This document shows positions 1 to 9,654 of a stretch of 64,000 bases of DNA, one piece after another. The translations under genes and the position numbers were made by a program. The notes under the pieces are model-generated. The model did not search any database. It was given only the letters and a program-made list of their open reading frames with translations, and was not told the DNA's origin. The stretch comes from an uncultured archaeon (GTDB lineage: Archaea; Aenigmatarchaeota; Aenigmatarchaeia; QMZP01): the NCBI GenBank assembly GCA_964607835.1, contig CAZSLL010000003.1:3826-67825 (forward strand), given 5' to 3'. Position 1 is the first letter of the stretch, and the number at the start of each line of letters is the position of its first letter.

Positions 1-30
1 GACTCCTTATGCGAGAACAGCCGCGACCTG

Positions 31-894
31 TTGAATTCAGGCATCAGGGGAGCCAACACCAGACCACATGCCCTGATAAAAGAGATTTTACATGCCGACC
101 TAGAAAGCGAGAAGATAAAACCAGACATAAATGAAGACTCGTTCAGGTATTCCTGCCACAAGCAGGAAATTGAGCCTATTATATCAAGCTGGGGGGATAT
201 CCTTCTATTCGGGGAGGGCAGCGATGCCCTGATATGCTACGCCCCGCTTTATGAGCAAAGGGGCAAAGAGCTAAAGGATGTCCTCACGGACAGCACCAAG
301 GCCGGTATGACTTCGTCAACCACCAGCTCAGAGATAGCTGGTCATGGAATCGAGGTCATATTCGAGCTGACAGAGGAAGGTGAAATAAAGAACCCTATGC
401 ATATCCTCATCGGTGTCAACAACCCTGTGAAGTCTTATGACAACTATTACAGGGCAGATTACGTTCTCCTCTCTGACAGGAACATGGATGGGAAGCTCGA
501 CAGCGTTTCCGCATACAATCTGCTGCTGCACAAGAGCCAATACCTTGACCAGAGCGGATTGGATGCAATTCTAGAGACCGTGCCGGCCCGAATTTTCAGC
601 GACAATGATTTTGATGGAAGCGCCGAGCATCTGAGCAGCACATACTGCGAGGCCGATGTGCTCATCATTGAGCCTCATCTGGGAGACCACCCGAAGGAAA
701 ACAACTTCTGTTACAATGACAAGAGGGAGTGGGTGGGCATCGCTACAACAGTAGCCGGGTTCGCCATAGACGCCACTGTAAAGGCAATACCGACGCCTGC
801 GACCTGGCTAATAGGCACTGCTGCTGACTGCTGGCTAGCCTACAAGACGACTGACTGGGTGAACCCTGACTGGCCAAGCAACGACTGGGGATAG
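31..894 (+). CDS. hypothetical protein (may be 5'-truncated at window edge)
   Basis: 287-aa ORF with no recognisable motif; frame may be open to position 1. Confidence 0.3.
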   Translation: MNSGIRGANTRPHALIKEILHADLESEKIKPDINEDSFRYSCHKQEIEPIISSWGDILLFGEGSDALICYAPLYEQRGKELKDVLTDSTKAGMTSSTTSSEIAGHGIEVIFELTEEGEIKNPMHILIGVNNPVKSYDNYYRADYVLLSDRNMDGKLDSVSAYNLLLHKSQYLDQSGLDAILETVPARIFSDNDFDGSAEHLSSTYCEADVLIIEPHLGDHPKENNFCYNDKREWVGIATTVAGFAIDATVKAIPTPATWLIGTAADCWLAYKTTDWVNPDWPSNDWG

Positions 895-896
895 AA

Positions 897-1556
897 TCAT
901 TTGACAAGATAGAACCTTCCGTCCTTCTTGGCCACGATAAGATAACGTTGGGTACCTGATTCCTCTCCATCATTCATCCTGGTGTATTCTGTTCTTACTC
1001 CGAGCGAGACCTCGTAGAAATCTGGCTTTTCCAGGCCCTTTCCGAGAAGCTCTTCTGGTATTTCAGATTCAGGTGCCTGTCTCATTCCCTTTATCCTGTA
1101 TGCTTCAAGACCCCTCTCCGGTATTCCCCATGTTGGCTCTGCTCCTGGGAGCATTATTTCCTCTTTGAACTTCTCTGCCTCCTCATTCCTCCTCAGCTCT
1201 ATGAGGGCCAGCATGAAGTTGTTTATGTTACCGAAGTTTCCATAATCCTCGTTGGGTTCAAAATCAGGATAAACTGCATCCATCCTGTGTTCAAAGCCTT
1301 CTGTGGTTGGAACCCCTGGCTCATGAACGTAGCCCCTTTCCACCATCTTCTTTACATCTGCCTGGGGCCTGGGGGCCTCCTTGAGGGCAAGCTCCTGCTT
1401 CCGGGGCTCCTGGTGGGCAGCGTTAATCCTGCTCTCGTCCACATCGCTGCTGTAGAGCTTCCAGGCAAGGCCGGCTACTGCTGCCAGGCCTCCGGCTACT
1501 GCCGCGGGCTTCATCCAGCCACTGTAACCCGAATCAAGAGTGGAATCCGTCATCAT
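897..1556 (-). CDS. hypothetical membrane-anchored protein
   Basis: 219-aa ORF; N-terminal hydrophobic helix (PAAVAGGLAAVAGLAW); no known catalytic motif. Confidence 0.4.
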   Translation of the reverse strand: MMTDSTLDSGYSGWMKPAAVAGGLAAVAGLAWKLYSSDVDESRINAAHQEPRKQELALKEAPRPQADVKKMVERGYVHEPGVPTTEGFEHRMDAVYPDFEPNEDYGNFGNINNFMLALIELRRNEEAEKFKEEIMLPGAEPTWGIPERGLEAYRIKGMRQAPESEIPEELLGKGLEKPDFYEVSLGVRTEYTRMNDGEESGTQRYLIVAKKDGRFYLVK

Positions 1557-1835
1557 AACACCTCTATTACAGGCTTTATTCGACTATTTATAAAGCTTAT
1601 GGTGGTGATTGACGTATTCACTGTGTGCTGTTTTTTCGGGGAGAGATATAACGGTGTTATATCCCTGAAAACCCAAGCAAAGCCGGATAAATGGCCTGCC
1701 CCAAATAATAACCATGGAAATGTCCATACGCACCATCATGGTTATCGTGATAGGCCTCATAGCCGCCCTGCTCATGCTCACCATCTTCGCCTCAGGGACC
1801 AGCCAGGGTAGCAGCATGCTGGATGGAATTTTCGA

Positions 1836-2024
1836 TTGGTTCAAGATTCTCGGAGGGGGAGGGGCCTCATGAGAGGAGAAGGAGGCATGCTGGAGCTCAT
1901 GGGCAGCTACGGAAAGCTCCTCTTCGCCATCCTAATCGTGGCCTTCCTGCTCATCATATTCATAGTCTACATCAACTCAAACCCAGAGCTGGGCATCTCC
2001 CTGCCAGAGCTCTTTGGAGGATAA
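1836..2024 (+). CDS. small pilin-like membrane protein (probable start at internal Met around 1869-1887)
   Basis: Hydrophobic core MLELMGSYGKLLFAILIVAFLLIIF mirrors the MEYLMTYGWAILIVIIV core of the class III signal-peptide pilins at 26781 and 57992; first gene of the plus-strand operon. Confidence 0.35.
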   Translation: MVQDSRRGRGLMRGEGGMLELMGSYGKLLFAILIVAFLLIIFIVYINSNPELGISLPELFGG

Positions 2025-2026
2025 AC

Positions 2027-2224
2027 ATGAATCAGAAGAAGGGAATAACAGTAATGACCCTGGGCCTGATAATAGGCATAATCCTGTTCGTGGCAGCCAT
2101 CATCTTCATCATGCTCTTCTACGAGGGCGACCTCTTCCAGGCCATACTCGGCGGCACCCAGAGCCAGTTCCCTGGCTTCGAAAGCGGAGGCTCAGGTGGT
2201 GGGGGAGCAAGCGGCGAGTTCTGA
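2027..2224 (+). CDS. small pilin-like/TM protein
   Basis: ATG at 2027 in frame of listed ORF 1823..2224; MNQKKG followed by a 22-residue hydrophobic helix and a Gly/Ser-rich tail; start 3 nt after the previous stop. Confidence 0.35.
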   Translation: MNQKKGITVMTLGLIIGIILFVAAIIFIMLFYEGDLFQAILGGTQSQFPGFESGGSGGGGASGEF

Positions 2225-2279
2225 GCTCCTCACCAATTTATAGCATTCCTGATAACTATTAACCATAGGTGTTTCTCTC

Positions 2280-2993
2280 ATGCCGGGAAAGGATGGCAGC
2301 GTTCCCATTGACTTCATGCTCTGGGTTGCAGGCACTCTCATCGCCATCGTGGTTTTCGTGGCCATAATATGGCCCTGGGTGCTCTCGTTCTGGTACGGCG
2401 GGTGCTGGTCAGATGCCCGCACAGATATCAGGGACCTGGGCAGCGAGATAGAGACAGGCATACGCAGCGACAACCCAGGCCAGTTCGTGAGGTACAGGCT
2501 CTCTGTGGGGGACTGCATAGGCGGAGTGGCTTTCATAAACGGCAGGGAGGACCCGGCATACTCTGGCTTCATCCAGAAGGAATGCGAGGAGTATTCAGGG
2601 TACAAGTCCTACATGATTCTCTTCCCCAAGGAGTACATGCTGGCCAAGGATGATGAATACCAGAAGGGCCTTGACGAGGAACTGGAGGAGAAAATCGATA
2701 ACCTCAAGGACGCAATGAGCTACTGGGAGGCCTTCAAGCTCTGGGTGAAGGAAAAGACAGGCAGGGTCCCGCCCGTATACTGCTATGAGCTCGAGCACGC
2801 AATCTCCGAGGACAGCATAAAGTCCCTTCCCGAAGGGTTCTACCAGGACCCCTTCACCGAAAGCAACTGGAACTCAGGGACCGACTACTGCATGCTCATA
2901 ACCCCGCGCCCGACATCCAGCCCCGGGGACTTCAACTACGATATCGAGAGCATCACCTGCCCGCCCAGGGAGTCTCCCGAAGAGGAGGAGTGA
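2280..2993 (+). CDS. hypothetical N-terminally anchored protein
   Basis: 237 aa; single N-terminal TM helix (FMLWVAGTLIAIVVFVAIIW), acidic C-terminus; stop overlaps start of next gene (ATGA at 2990). Confidence 0.5.
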   Translation: MPGKDGSVPIDFMLWVAGTLIAIVVFVAIIWPWVLSFWYGGCWSDARTDIRDLGSEIETGIRSDNPGQFVRYRLSVGDCIGGVAFINGREDPAYSGFIQKECEEYSGYKSYMILFPKEYMLAKDDEYQKGLDEELEEKIDNLKDAMSYWEAFKLWVKEKTGRVPPVYCYELEHAISEDSIKSLPEGFYQDPFTESNWNSGTDYCMLITPRPTSSPGDFNYDIESITCPPRESPEEEE

Positions 2994-4066
2994 TGAAAAC
3001 AATGAAAGCCTTCTCAGGACCCGCAGGCTCGTTCGTGCAGTGGGTGGGCCTTCTTCTCATCGCCCTGCTCATGCTCTACGTAATAATCCAGTGGGGGGAG
3101 GCAGGGGCCCATGTCCAGAGGGGCCTGGAGCAGGGTTCCATAATGTACTCGGTGGCCAATTCAGTGAGCGCCCTGTCCTCCATGGGAAGCGGCGAGGTTA
3201 GCCGCTATCTTCTGAACACCTATGACCTGACTGTCCGCTGCGATGGCGGCTCCTGCTTCGTGAGGGCCAGGCCCTATGACAGCTCAGGGAATCCAGGGGA
3301 GGAGAGCCAGGAGGTGCTCATCCTGGGCAATATCGAGCCGGCTTCCCTGAAAGAGGTGAACAGAATAACCTTATCCAAGGAGCCCGGAGGAAAGGTGGTC
3401 CTGACAGGGGAGAGGGTGGAGGACGCCTTCAGGGGAATCCTTGTCCCTGGGGAATACCCTACCATGTGCATAACCACCCACCCGGACATAGCAGGGCTCC
3501 TGGCTGACCCTGAAATAAACCAGGGCCTGGAGCCAGAACTCCTGGCAGCAATCATCCAGGCCGAGAGCTCCTGGCAGGAGGACGCCTACAGGTATGAGCC
3601 GGGGTACCAGTTCAGGTACCTTGAAGGCAGTGAGTGGGAGCAGGACAGCAACTGGCTCTCCAGCGGCCCCACTGTGGACCAGTGGCTGGGAAGCCACCCC
3701 TCCAGGCAGGGCGAGTCAGAGGGCCTCTCTGAAGAGCAGCTTTCCCGGACTGCCCAGACCAGCATATCAGCCAGCTACGGCCTCATGCAGCTCATGTACC
3801 CCACTGCTGTCCAGTCCTGCAGGGGGGCCAGCTTCAGGGGAAGCAGGGTGACCCTTGGAAGCCCGGACGACCTCTACGGCCCTGCCCTCAACATCTTCTG
3901 CGGTGCCAGGCACCTCAAGAGTCTCCAGTCCACCTACCAGGACCTCAGGGACCAGGTCTCGGCCTACAACGCAGGCCAGCCGAGGTGGACCACGAGTCTG
4001 GCCAACAGGGAGTACACTGCAAGGGTGCTTGGCTACTACAATGCCTACAGGGGGTGCGTGGCATGA
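2990..4066 (+). CDS. lytic transglycosylase (SLT domain) protein, membrane-anchored
   Basis: N-terminal TM helix; SLT family motifs seen directly: catalytic E-S motif in LAAIIQAESSWQEDAYRYE and the GLMQ motif in SYGLMQLMYPTA. Confidence 0.6.
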   Translation: MMKTMKAFSGPAGSFVQWVGLLLIALLMLYVIIQWGEAGAHVQRGLEQGSIMYSVANSVSALSSMGSGEVSRYLLNTYDLTVRCDGGSCFVRARPYDSSGNPGEESQEVLILGNIEPASLKEVNRITLSKEPGGKVVLTGERVEDAFRGILVPGEYPTMCITTHPDIAGLLADPEINQGLEPELLAAIIQAESSWQEDAYRYEPGYQFRYLEGSEWEQDSNWLSSGPTVDQWLGSHPSRQGESEGLSEEQLSRTAQTSISASYGLMQLMYPTAVQSCRGASFRGSRVTLGSPDDLYGPALNIFCGARHLKSLQSTYQDLRDQVSAYNAGQPRWTTSLANREYTARVLGYYNAYRGCVA

Positions 4067-4512
4067 GGGCAAGCATGTTCGAGATTTCCACCCTATACCT
4101 CATTGTAGCTTTTGGCATGGTCATGTTCATAGGCTTCGGGTTCATGACCTTCGGCAGCATCAGCTACTCTGCCGACGTGGTCTCCCAGAACCTGGGCCAC
4201 CTGAGGGCAGTGGACGCTGCCCATCTTGTTGCATCGTGCCTGGAGGGCGGGGACGGGTTCATAACATCCCAGGAGATGGAATCCTTCACAAAGGAAAGTT
4301 GCATATCCATATACCCCTCGCTCTCAGGCATCGATTTCGAATTCAGGGTAGAGGACCTCTCAGACCCGGGCATGTCCACTGAATCGCCAGGATACGATGA
4401 CTCAGCATACGGTATATCATTCTCAGAAGAGCTCACCAGCCACTCGCTCTTCATCAGCATAGAAGGGGAAGGCGAGGTCCATGCAGGGAGGTTGTATGTC
4501 CAGACCAGTTAG
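4063..4512 (+). CDS. hypothetical small membrane protein
   Basis: ATG at 4063 overlaps stop of SLT gene (ATGA); MRASMFEISTLYLIVAFGMVMFIGFGF hydrophobic N-terminus; internal part of listed ORF 3985..4512. Confidence 0.4.
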   Translation: MRASMFEISTLYLIVAFGMVMFIGFGFMTFGSISYSADVVSQNLGHLRAVDAAHLVASCLEGGDGFITSQEMESFTKESCISIYPSLSGIDFEFRVEDLSDPGMSTESPGYDDSAYGISFSEELTSHSLFISIEGEGEVHAGRLYVQTS

Positions 4513-5494
4513 GAAGGCCCAGGTCACCCCGATAGACCTATTCCTCATAGCCCTGGTGTTCTTCATGGGAGTGGGCCTCTTCCTTTTCATGAACTTCATG
4601 TCATCCAAGGACATGATAATCAGCAAGCAGACCATCTACAGCACCATGGAGCTGGATGACAGGGGAAGCGAGCTGGTGGCTGCCATGGCTTCCACCTACC
4701 AGGGCACGCCGTTCATGGTTCATGCCGGAGCCACTGCTGTCCAGGGATACAATGACCACATCTCAGATGCCCTTGAGGCCCTCTCCGAACTCAGGAAGAG
4801 CCTGGGCACTGGGTACGCCCTCAGGCTCCCCGGCATAAGGCTGGATTCTGGCGAGGACGAGTCAGGACCCGATGCTGTTCCGATACCATCAGGGTGCTTC
4901 ATAACCGATACAATTTCACAAAGCACAAAGCTTATCTGGCCCATGCCCGGAGTGAATGATGTCTCCAGCCAGCCTGGCCTGAGGCAACTTTCCGGAAGCG
5001 AGTGCCGCTGCCACAAGGGTGTGGACATACCGGGTGGAGGCCTTGACGTGATTGCGGCCTACTCAGGCACGGTATCCAGGGCGTACGAGAGCACCAGCTA
5101 CGGCAACACGGTCATTATCAACCACAATGGGGAGTGGTCAGGGTACAGTACCCTGTACGCGCACCTTGACTCCATTTCAGTCAGCGAAGGCGACAGGGTC
5201 TCTGCCGGGCAGAAAATCGGAATCTCGGGCAACACAGGAATATCCCACGGAAGCCACCTGCACTTCGAGGTAATCAGGGGCTCGATTGTCACAGACCCCA
5301 ATGTGGACCCCTGCAGATATCTGCAGTCCAGGCCCTCCTCCTGCGTGGTAATGGACAGGTGCGAGCTCGCAGAGGACCTGGAGCCCGTTTCCGGGAAGAG
5401 CCACATGATGGACGTCCCGCTTCCCGGAGCCAGGGAGGGCAGCCTGAAGGGCAGAGTCGAACTCGTAATGGGGGATTCGGGAGGGAGTCTGTGA
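4496..5494 (+). CDS. M23/LytM family metallopeptidase, membrane-anchored
   Basis: N-terminal TM helix, then the M23 motif series: HKGVDI...AAYSGTV...GNTVIINHNGEWSGYSTLYAHL...AGQKIGISGNTGISHGSHLHFEV; alternative start at 4481. Confidence 0.6.
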   Translation: MSRPVRKAQVTPIDLFLIALVFFMGVGLFLFMNFMSSKDMIISKQTIYSTMELDDRGSELVAAMASTYQGTPFMVHAGATAVQGYNDHISDALEALSELRKSLGTGYALRLPGIRLDSGEDESGPDAVPIPSGCFITDTISQSTKLIWPMPGVNDVSSQPGLRQLSGSECRCHKGVDIPGGGLDVIAAYSGTVSRAYESTSYGNTVIINHNGEWSGYSTLYAHLDSISVSEGDRVSAGQKIGISGNTGISHGSHLHFEVIRGSIVTDPNVDPCRYLQSRPSSCVVMDRCELAEDLEPVSGKSHMMDVPLPGAREGSLKGRVELVMGDSGGSL

Positions 5495-6411
5495 AGGGGA
5501 ACGCGCTTTTCATAGTGGTGATACTAATCGCCATCCTGGTGGCCTTCATGACAGCCTTCAGCATAAGGTTCAACCTCTTTGGAGGGGGCGAGGGAACTGT
5601 GCAAAAGGCAAGCCTACAGTCAGACATATACACAATGGGACACGCACTTGACGCTGCAGAACTATACATGGAAGCCTCGCTGGATTACTCTGTGTATCAG
5701 GCCTGCCATGACACCCTTTTGTTGGGCTCTTCTCTTGAACAAAAGAGCGAGGAAGATTTCAATTCTGAGATGCAGGACAAAGTTCAGGAATACTACAGCC
5801 GTTACCTCCATGCAGGTTTCTCGTTCCTCAATGGTTACTCAGTATCCCTCCCTGCTTCGGGCGTGAGCCTTTCTGGACAGAGTGATGCCTTCTCAGCTAA
5901 TGTCACTTCAATGGAAGAGATGACCACCACCAGCCTTGTGAAATCCGGAGAGTCCGTGACCCTCAGGGCAGGGGCAGAGTTTACCAGGGATTATTACATC
6001 CCCTGCTACTCAGTATACCATAAGGGAGTGGAGCTCGAGCCTTCCCTTTCCTCTGACCTTTCTGACGGGCTGGCGCTTGCGCTCGGGGAGACTGACCCAC
6101 TGGAATGCGCCACAGAGGATGAGTGCTCCCGCCTCCTCGAGCAGGAGCTTGACGGGCTCTTCAGCGAGTCAGGGAGGTTCCCCTCACTGCTTCAGGAAGG
6201 CTTCCGGGTGGAACGCGAAATCACGGAATCAGGATACAGGATAAGCACAATAGACCGCACCACAGGGGATGTGTCCTGGGAGGCCACCGCTTCCCAGAGA
6301 GTGACCATACAGCAGGAGGACCCTGAATACTACCCGGTATGGAACGGCCAGGAACTGGCCTTCAAGCCCATGAGGCTGACCTTCCTCATGGAGGCCTCCT
6401 CCTCGGGCTAG
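5491..6411 (+). CDS. hypothetical N-terminally anchored protein (GTG start overlapping previous stop)
   Basis: GTG at 5491 overlaps TGA of M23 gene; VKGNALFIVVILIAILVAFMTAF hydrophobic start (KG-hydrophobic, class III signal-like); listed ORF 5359..6411 extends upstream implausibly. Confidence 0.45.
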   Translation: MKGNALFIVVILIAILVAFMTAFSIRFNLFGGGEGTVQKASLQSDIYTMGHALDAAELYMEASLDYSVYQACHDTLLLGSSLEQKSEEDFNSEMQDKVQEYYSRYLHAGFSFLNGYSVSLPASGVSLSGQSDAFSANVTSMEEMTTTSLVKSGESVTLRAGAEFTRDYYIPCYSVYHKGVELEPSLSSDLSDGLALALGETDPLECATEDECSRLLEQELDGLFSESGRFPSLLQEGFRVEREITESGYRISTIDRTTGDVSWEATASQRVTIQQEDPEYYPVWNGQELAFKPMRLTFLMEASSSG

Positions 6412-6809
6412 GCCTGCGTTGGCTTCCTGCTCTTTTCTCCCCTCGCATTGGCCTGTGATACCCCGGCAGACCGGGTCTTCTCTTTCCCTGATTTTATGGT
6501 CCCGCTCACCCGCAGGCTCTGGAATATGACCTTCTGGTCCCCGAGCTGGTGTATGAGTCCCATGGACACCTTGACCGCGTCCACGTACTTCGGGGAGACC
6601 TGGATGAACCCCTTCTGCTCCCTGCTGTTCCAGAGGTTCCTGAGGATTCTCACCCCTGCCCTGGCCAGGCCGGCCTCCCCTATCCAGTGCTCCATGGAGT
6701 TCCATAGCGCGTCCCGAACGGCCTCGTAGCCCACGGGCCTCTCAGAGGCCACCCTGAATACGATGTATCTCCTGCTTCCCCGCGAGCTTGGCAGCCTCCT
6801 GATTCCCAT
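6408..6809 (-). CDS. rnp2: RNase P protein component Pop5 (Rnp2)
   Basis: 133 aa; N-terminal LPSSRGSRRYIVFRV matches the archaeal Pop5 signature (LPPxLRxKxRYixFev); size typical. Confidence 0.55.
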   Translation of the reverse strand: MGIRRLPSSRGSRRYIVFRVASERPVGYEAVRDALWNSMEHWIGEAGLARAGVRILRNLWNSREQKGFIQVSPKYVDAVKVSMGLIHQLGDQKVIFQSLRVSGTIKSGKEKTRSAGVSQANARGEKSRKPTQA

Positions 6810-6844
6810 AATAGTAATTTATACCCTTCCCATAAATAAGGGAT

Positions 6845-8266
6845 ATGGATTACAGCAGGCTCTCGGTTGCGGATTTCATATCCCAGGCCTCCTCAGGCTC
6901 CCTGGATGTCCGGGATTTCTACGAAAGGCTCTTCAAAAAACTGAAGGAGCTGGACAAAACCTACAACATATTCGTGACCCTTGCCGAGGACCAGGCCCTC
7001 TCAGAGGTGAAGTCCAGGAGGAAGCAGGAAGGCTCCCTTGCGGGCCTCCCTGTCTCGCTCAAGGACAACATATGCTCCAGGGGAATCCAGACCACTGCGG
7101 GCTCGAGAATCCTGGAGGGCTACATTCCTCCCTTTGACAGCACAGTGGCCCTTTCCGCCAAATCCCAGGGCGGGGTCATAATCGGAAAGACCAGCATGGA
7201 CGAGTTCGGCTTCGGCTGGGCCTCCACCAACTCCGGGTTCAAGGTTCCAAAGAACCCATGCGACCCGGCCAGGGTGACAGGGGGCTCCTCAGGGGGCGCG
7301 GCCGCTCTCACTGCGGCCCTGGACATGCCCCACATAGCCCTTGGCCAGTCCACTGGTGGCTCAATCTCGAGCCCTGCCTCATTGTGCGGCATTGTGGGAC
7401 TCACCCCCACATACGGGCTGGTCTCGAGGTACGGCCTCATAGACTTCGGCAACTCCCTTGACACAATAGGGCCCATGGCCAGGACCGTGGAGGACGCCGC
7501 CCTCATGCTCTCTGTTATAGCCGGCCACGACCACAGGGACCCCACTACGCTCTCCGAGAAGGTGCCCCATTACCACAGGAAGCTCAGCACCAAGGTGAAG
7601 GGCCTCAGGATAGGCGTCCCAGGGGAGTACTTCACAGACTCCGTGGACCAGGTAGTGAAGGACCATGTATGGTCAGGGATCAAGTCCCTTGAGTCCCAGG
7701 GAGCCATATGCAAAGAAATATCCCTTCCAATGACCCATGACGGTGTGGCCATATACTACATCCTGGCCACATCAGAGGCCAGCACCAACCTGGCAAAGTT
7801 CTGCGGCATCAGATACGGCGCAGAAGAAGAGATGGAGGGCGACTTCAACCAGTACTTCTCCAGGATACGCAGCAAGTACCTTGGCCAGGAGGCCAAGAGG
7901 AGAATCATCCTTGGAACCTACTCCAGGATGGCTGGCTACAGGGACCAGTTCTATCTCAAGGCCCTCAGGGCCAGGACACTCATGATAAGGGAGTTCAGAA
8001 AGGCATTCAGTTCCTGCGACCTGATTGCAGCCCCTGCCATGCCCGTTGCCGCTCCAACGTTCTCAGAAGCAGAATCCATGTCCGCACTTCAGCAATACAT
8101 GATGGATGTGCTCTCCATACCATCCAAGCTCGCGGGGCTTCCCTCAGTCTCTGTTCCCTGCGGTGAATCAAAGGGCATGCCCGTGGGGCTCCAGCTCATA
8201 GGCCCCCACCTCAAGGAGCAGGCCATCCTCAACGCAGCCCACGCCCTTGAGAAGGCCCGTGCCTGA
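6845..8266 (+). CDS. gatA: Glu-tRNA(Gln)/Asp-tRNA(Asn) amidotransferase subunit A
   Basis: Amidase signature GKTSMDEFGFG...VTGGSSGGAAALTAALDMP with Ser-cisSer-Lys arrangement; 473 aa. Confidence 0.85.
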   Translation: MDYSRLSVADFISQASSGSLDVRDFYERLFKKLKELDKTYNIFVTLAEDQALSEVKSRRKQEGSLAGLPVSLKDNICSRGIQTTAGSRILEGYIPPFDSTVALSAKSQGGVIIGKTSMDEFGFGWASTNSGFKVPKNPCDPARVTGGSSGGAAALTAALDMPHIALGQSTGGSISSPASLCGIVGLTPTYGLVSRYGLIDFGNSLDTIGPMARTVEDAALMLSVIAGHDHRDPTTLSEKVPHYHRKLSTKVKGLRIGVPGEYFTDSVDQVVKDHVWSGIKSLESQGAICKEISLPMTHDGVAIYYILATSEASTNLAKFCGIRYGAEEEMEGDFNQYFSRIRSKYLGQEAKRRIILGTYSRMAGYRDQFYLKALRARTLMIREFRKAFSSCDLIAAPAMPVAAPTFSEAESMSALQQYMMDVLSIPSKLAGLPSVSVPCGESKGMPVGLQLIGPHLKEQAILNAAHALEKARA

Positions 8267-8987
8267 CGGCCTCCCTGAGCAGCCTTCCGGTCTCCCTGAT
8301 TACTGTATCCTTGTAATCCCTCCATCCGGATTCTGTGTCCAGCCCTGTCTCTCCGAGGACGTAATCAAGGCCCTCCCTGTTCTCCTCAAGGAAATCCACT
8401 ATACCCTGCCCGTGCCTGGGATACATCCCGAAGTTCTCTACCATAATACTGTGCACCCTATCCACTTCATCCTCATATCTGGCAATCCCTTCAGGGAAGC
8501 CCATGGCCCAGAATATGGGAACCAGGCTCTCAGACAGTTCCCTCAAATCAGTCCCTTCCCTTAGTTCCGTTATCCTGAAGGGAAGTTCAGAGTCCTCTGA
8601 ATAAACCCTCCTGCAGGGGGCAAGCTCACCGAACCTGTGCGGCTCAAGCTCGCTCTCCCAGAATCCATCCGAAACGTCATAAGGCTTGTTCATTGGATGC
8701 ATCCCCGAGTAGGATATCCATTCCCTGGCCGCGTTCTGGAGCGGGTAGAGATTTCTGTGCACGGATTCATCGCATGCGCCGTGATTGGCCATGCCCTCGC
8801 CAACCCAGCTGTAGCCGTCGAGGCTTAGCAGCAATGATGCCCTGGCTATTCCTGAGTAGTCATGCGTAAGGTTCCTCGGATGCGAACCCAGCCTCGGAAA
8901 TATGTCGTTCAGCAGCGCCCCCAGAAAATTCGAGCCCCTTCCGTTCATTTCCTGGTATACCATTGAGTGGAACAGTGCGCCTGCCAT
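8229..8987 (-). CDS. hypothetical protein
   Basis: 252-aa ORF convergent with gatA, 38-nt 3' overlap; no confident motif (possible metal-dependent hydrolase, HGACDESVH). Confidence 0.4.
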   Translation of the reverse strand: MAGALFHSMVYQEMNGRGSNFLGALLNDIFPRLGSHPRNLTHDYSGIARASLLLSLDGYSWVGEGMANHGACDESVHRNLYPLQNAAREWISYSGMHPMNKPYDVSDGFWESELEPHRFGELAPCRRVYSEDSELPFRITELREGTDLRELSESLVPIFWAMGFPEGIARYEDEVDRVHSIMVENFGMYPRHGQGIVDFLEENREGLDYVLGETGLDTESGWRDYKDTVIRETGRLLREAVRHGPSQGRGLR

Positions 8988-9147
8988 GCAATAACCCTTT
9001 CTTTGTCAATTTGATGGAAAATGATTTAAGCCCTTGTGCTGTCTTCCCACCGTTTCCGGTTTAAATGAATGGACCCAAATATTATGCATGGAGGGGAAAC
9101 GCCCCAGACCAGGCAAAATCCTGAGGGAGTTCGAGCCAGGAGGCAAC

Positions 9148-9654
9148 ATGGTAAGGTTCAGGTACCTCAGGAAAGATGATATTGAGGGAGCCATGAGGCA
9201 CATCAATTCCCTGGTAAATGAGAAAGCCTACATCGGGATGCAGAAGAGCAAGACCAGGAAGCAGGAGAAGGAATGGCTCGAGCAGGCGCTTGAGGGCATG
9301 AGGAAGGGAAAATCCCTCACTGTTGTTGTGGAGGTAAACGGTGAGTTCAGGGGCTCTGCAGGCGTGAACAGGAAGCCCCTTGACGCCAATTCACATGTAT
9401 GCACCTTCGGACTGGGAATACACGGGGACTACAGGTCGATGGGCATAGGAACAGAGCTCATGAAGCTCCTGATACAGCAGGCCAGGGACGTGCTGGGCTG
9501 CAGAGTGGCAGAGATATCCGTTTATGAGCCCAACCTTGCTGCCAAGAGGCTCTACGAGAAGATGGGCTTCATGGAGACAGGCAGGATTCCTGAAGGGTGC
9601 CACTACTTCGGGAAATACTATGACGAGATAATACTGGTGAGGAAGCTTGATTGA
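9148..9654 (+). CDS. GNAT family N-acetyltransferase
   Basis: Acetyl-CoA binding motif region GLGIHGDYRSMGIGTELMKLLIQQAR and C-terminal AKRLYEKMGF; internal Met start chosen, listed ORF begins 9034. Confidence 0.6.
   Translation: MVRFRYLRKDDIEGAMRHINSLVNEKAYIGMQKSKTRKQEKEWLEQALEGMRKGKSLTVVVEVNGEFRGSAGVNRKPLDANSHVCTFGLGIHGDYRSMGIGTELMKLLIQQARDVLGCRVAEISVYEPNLAAKRLYEKMGFMETGRIPEGCHYFGKYYDEIILVRKLD

Noticed and set aside
3855-4382. 175-aa ORF in alternative frame across the SLT and downstream gene
   Set aside because: Arg/Pro/Gly-rich translation of a GC-rich alternative frame; the SLT frame carries the catalytic motifs
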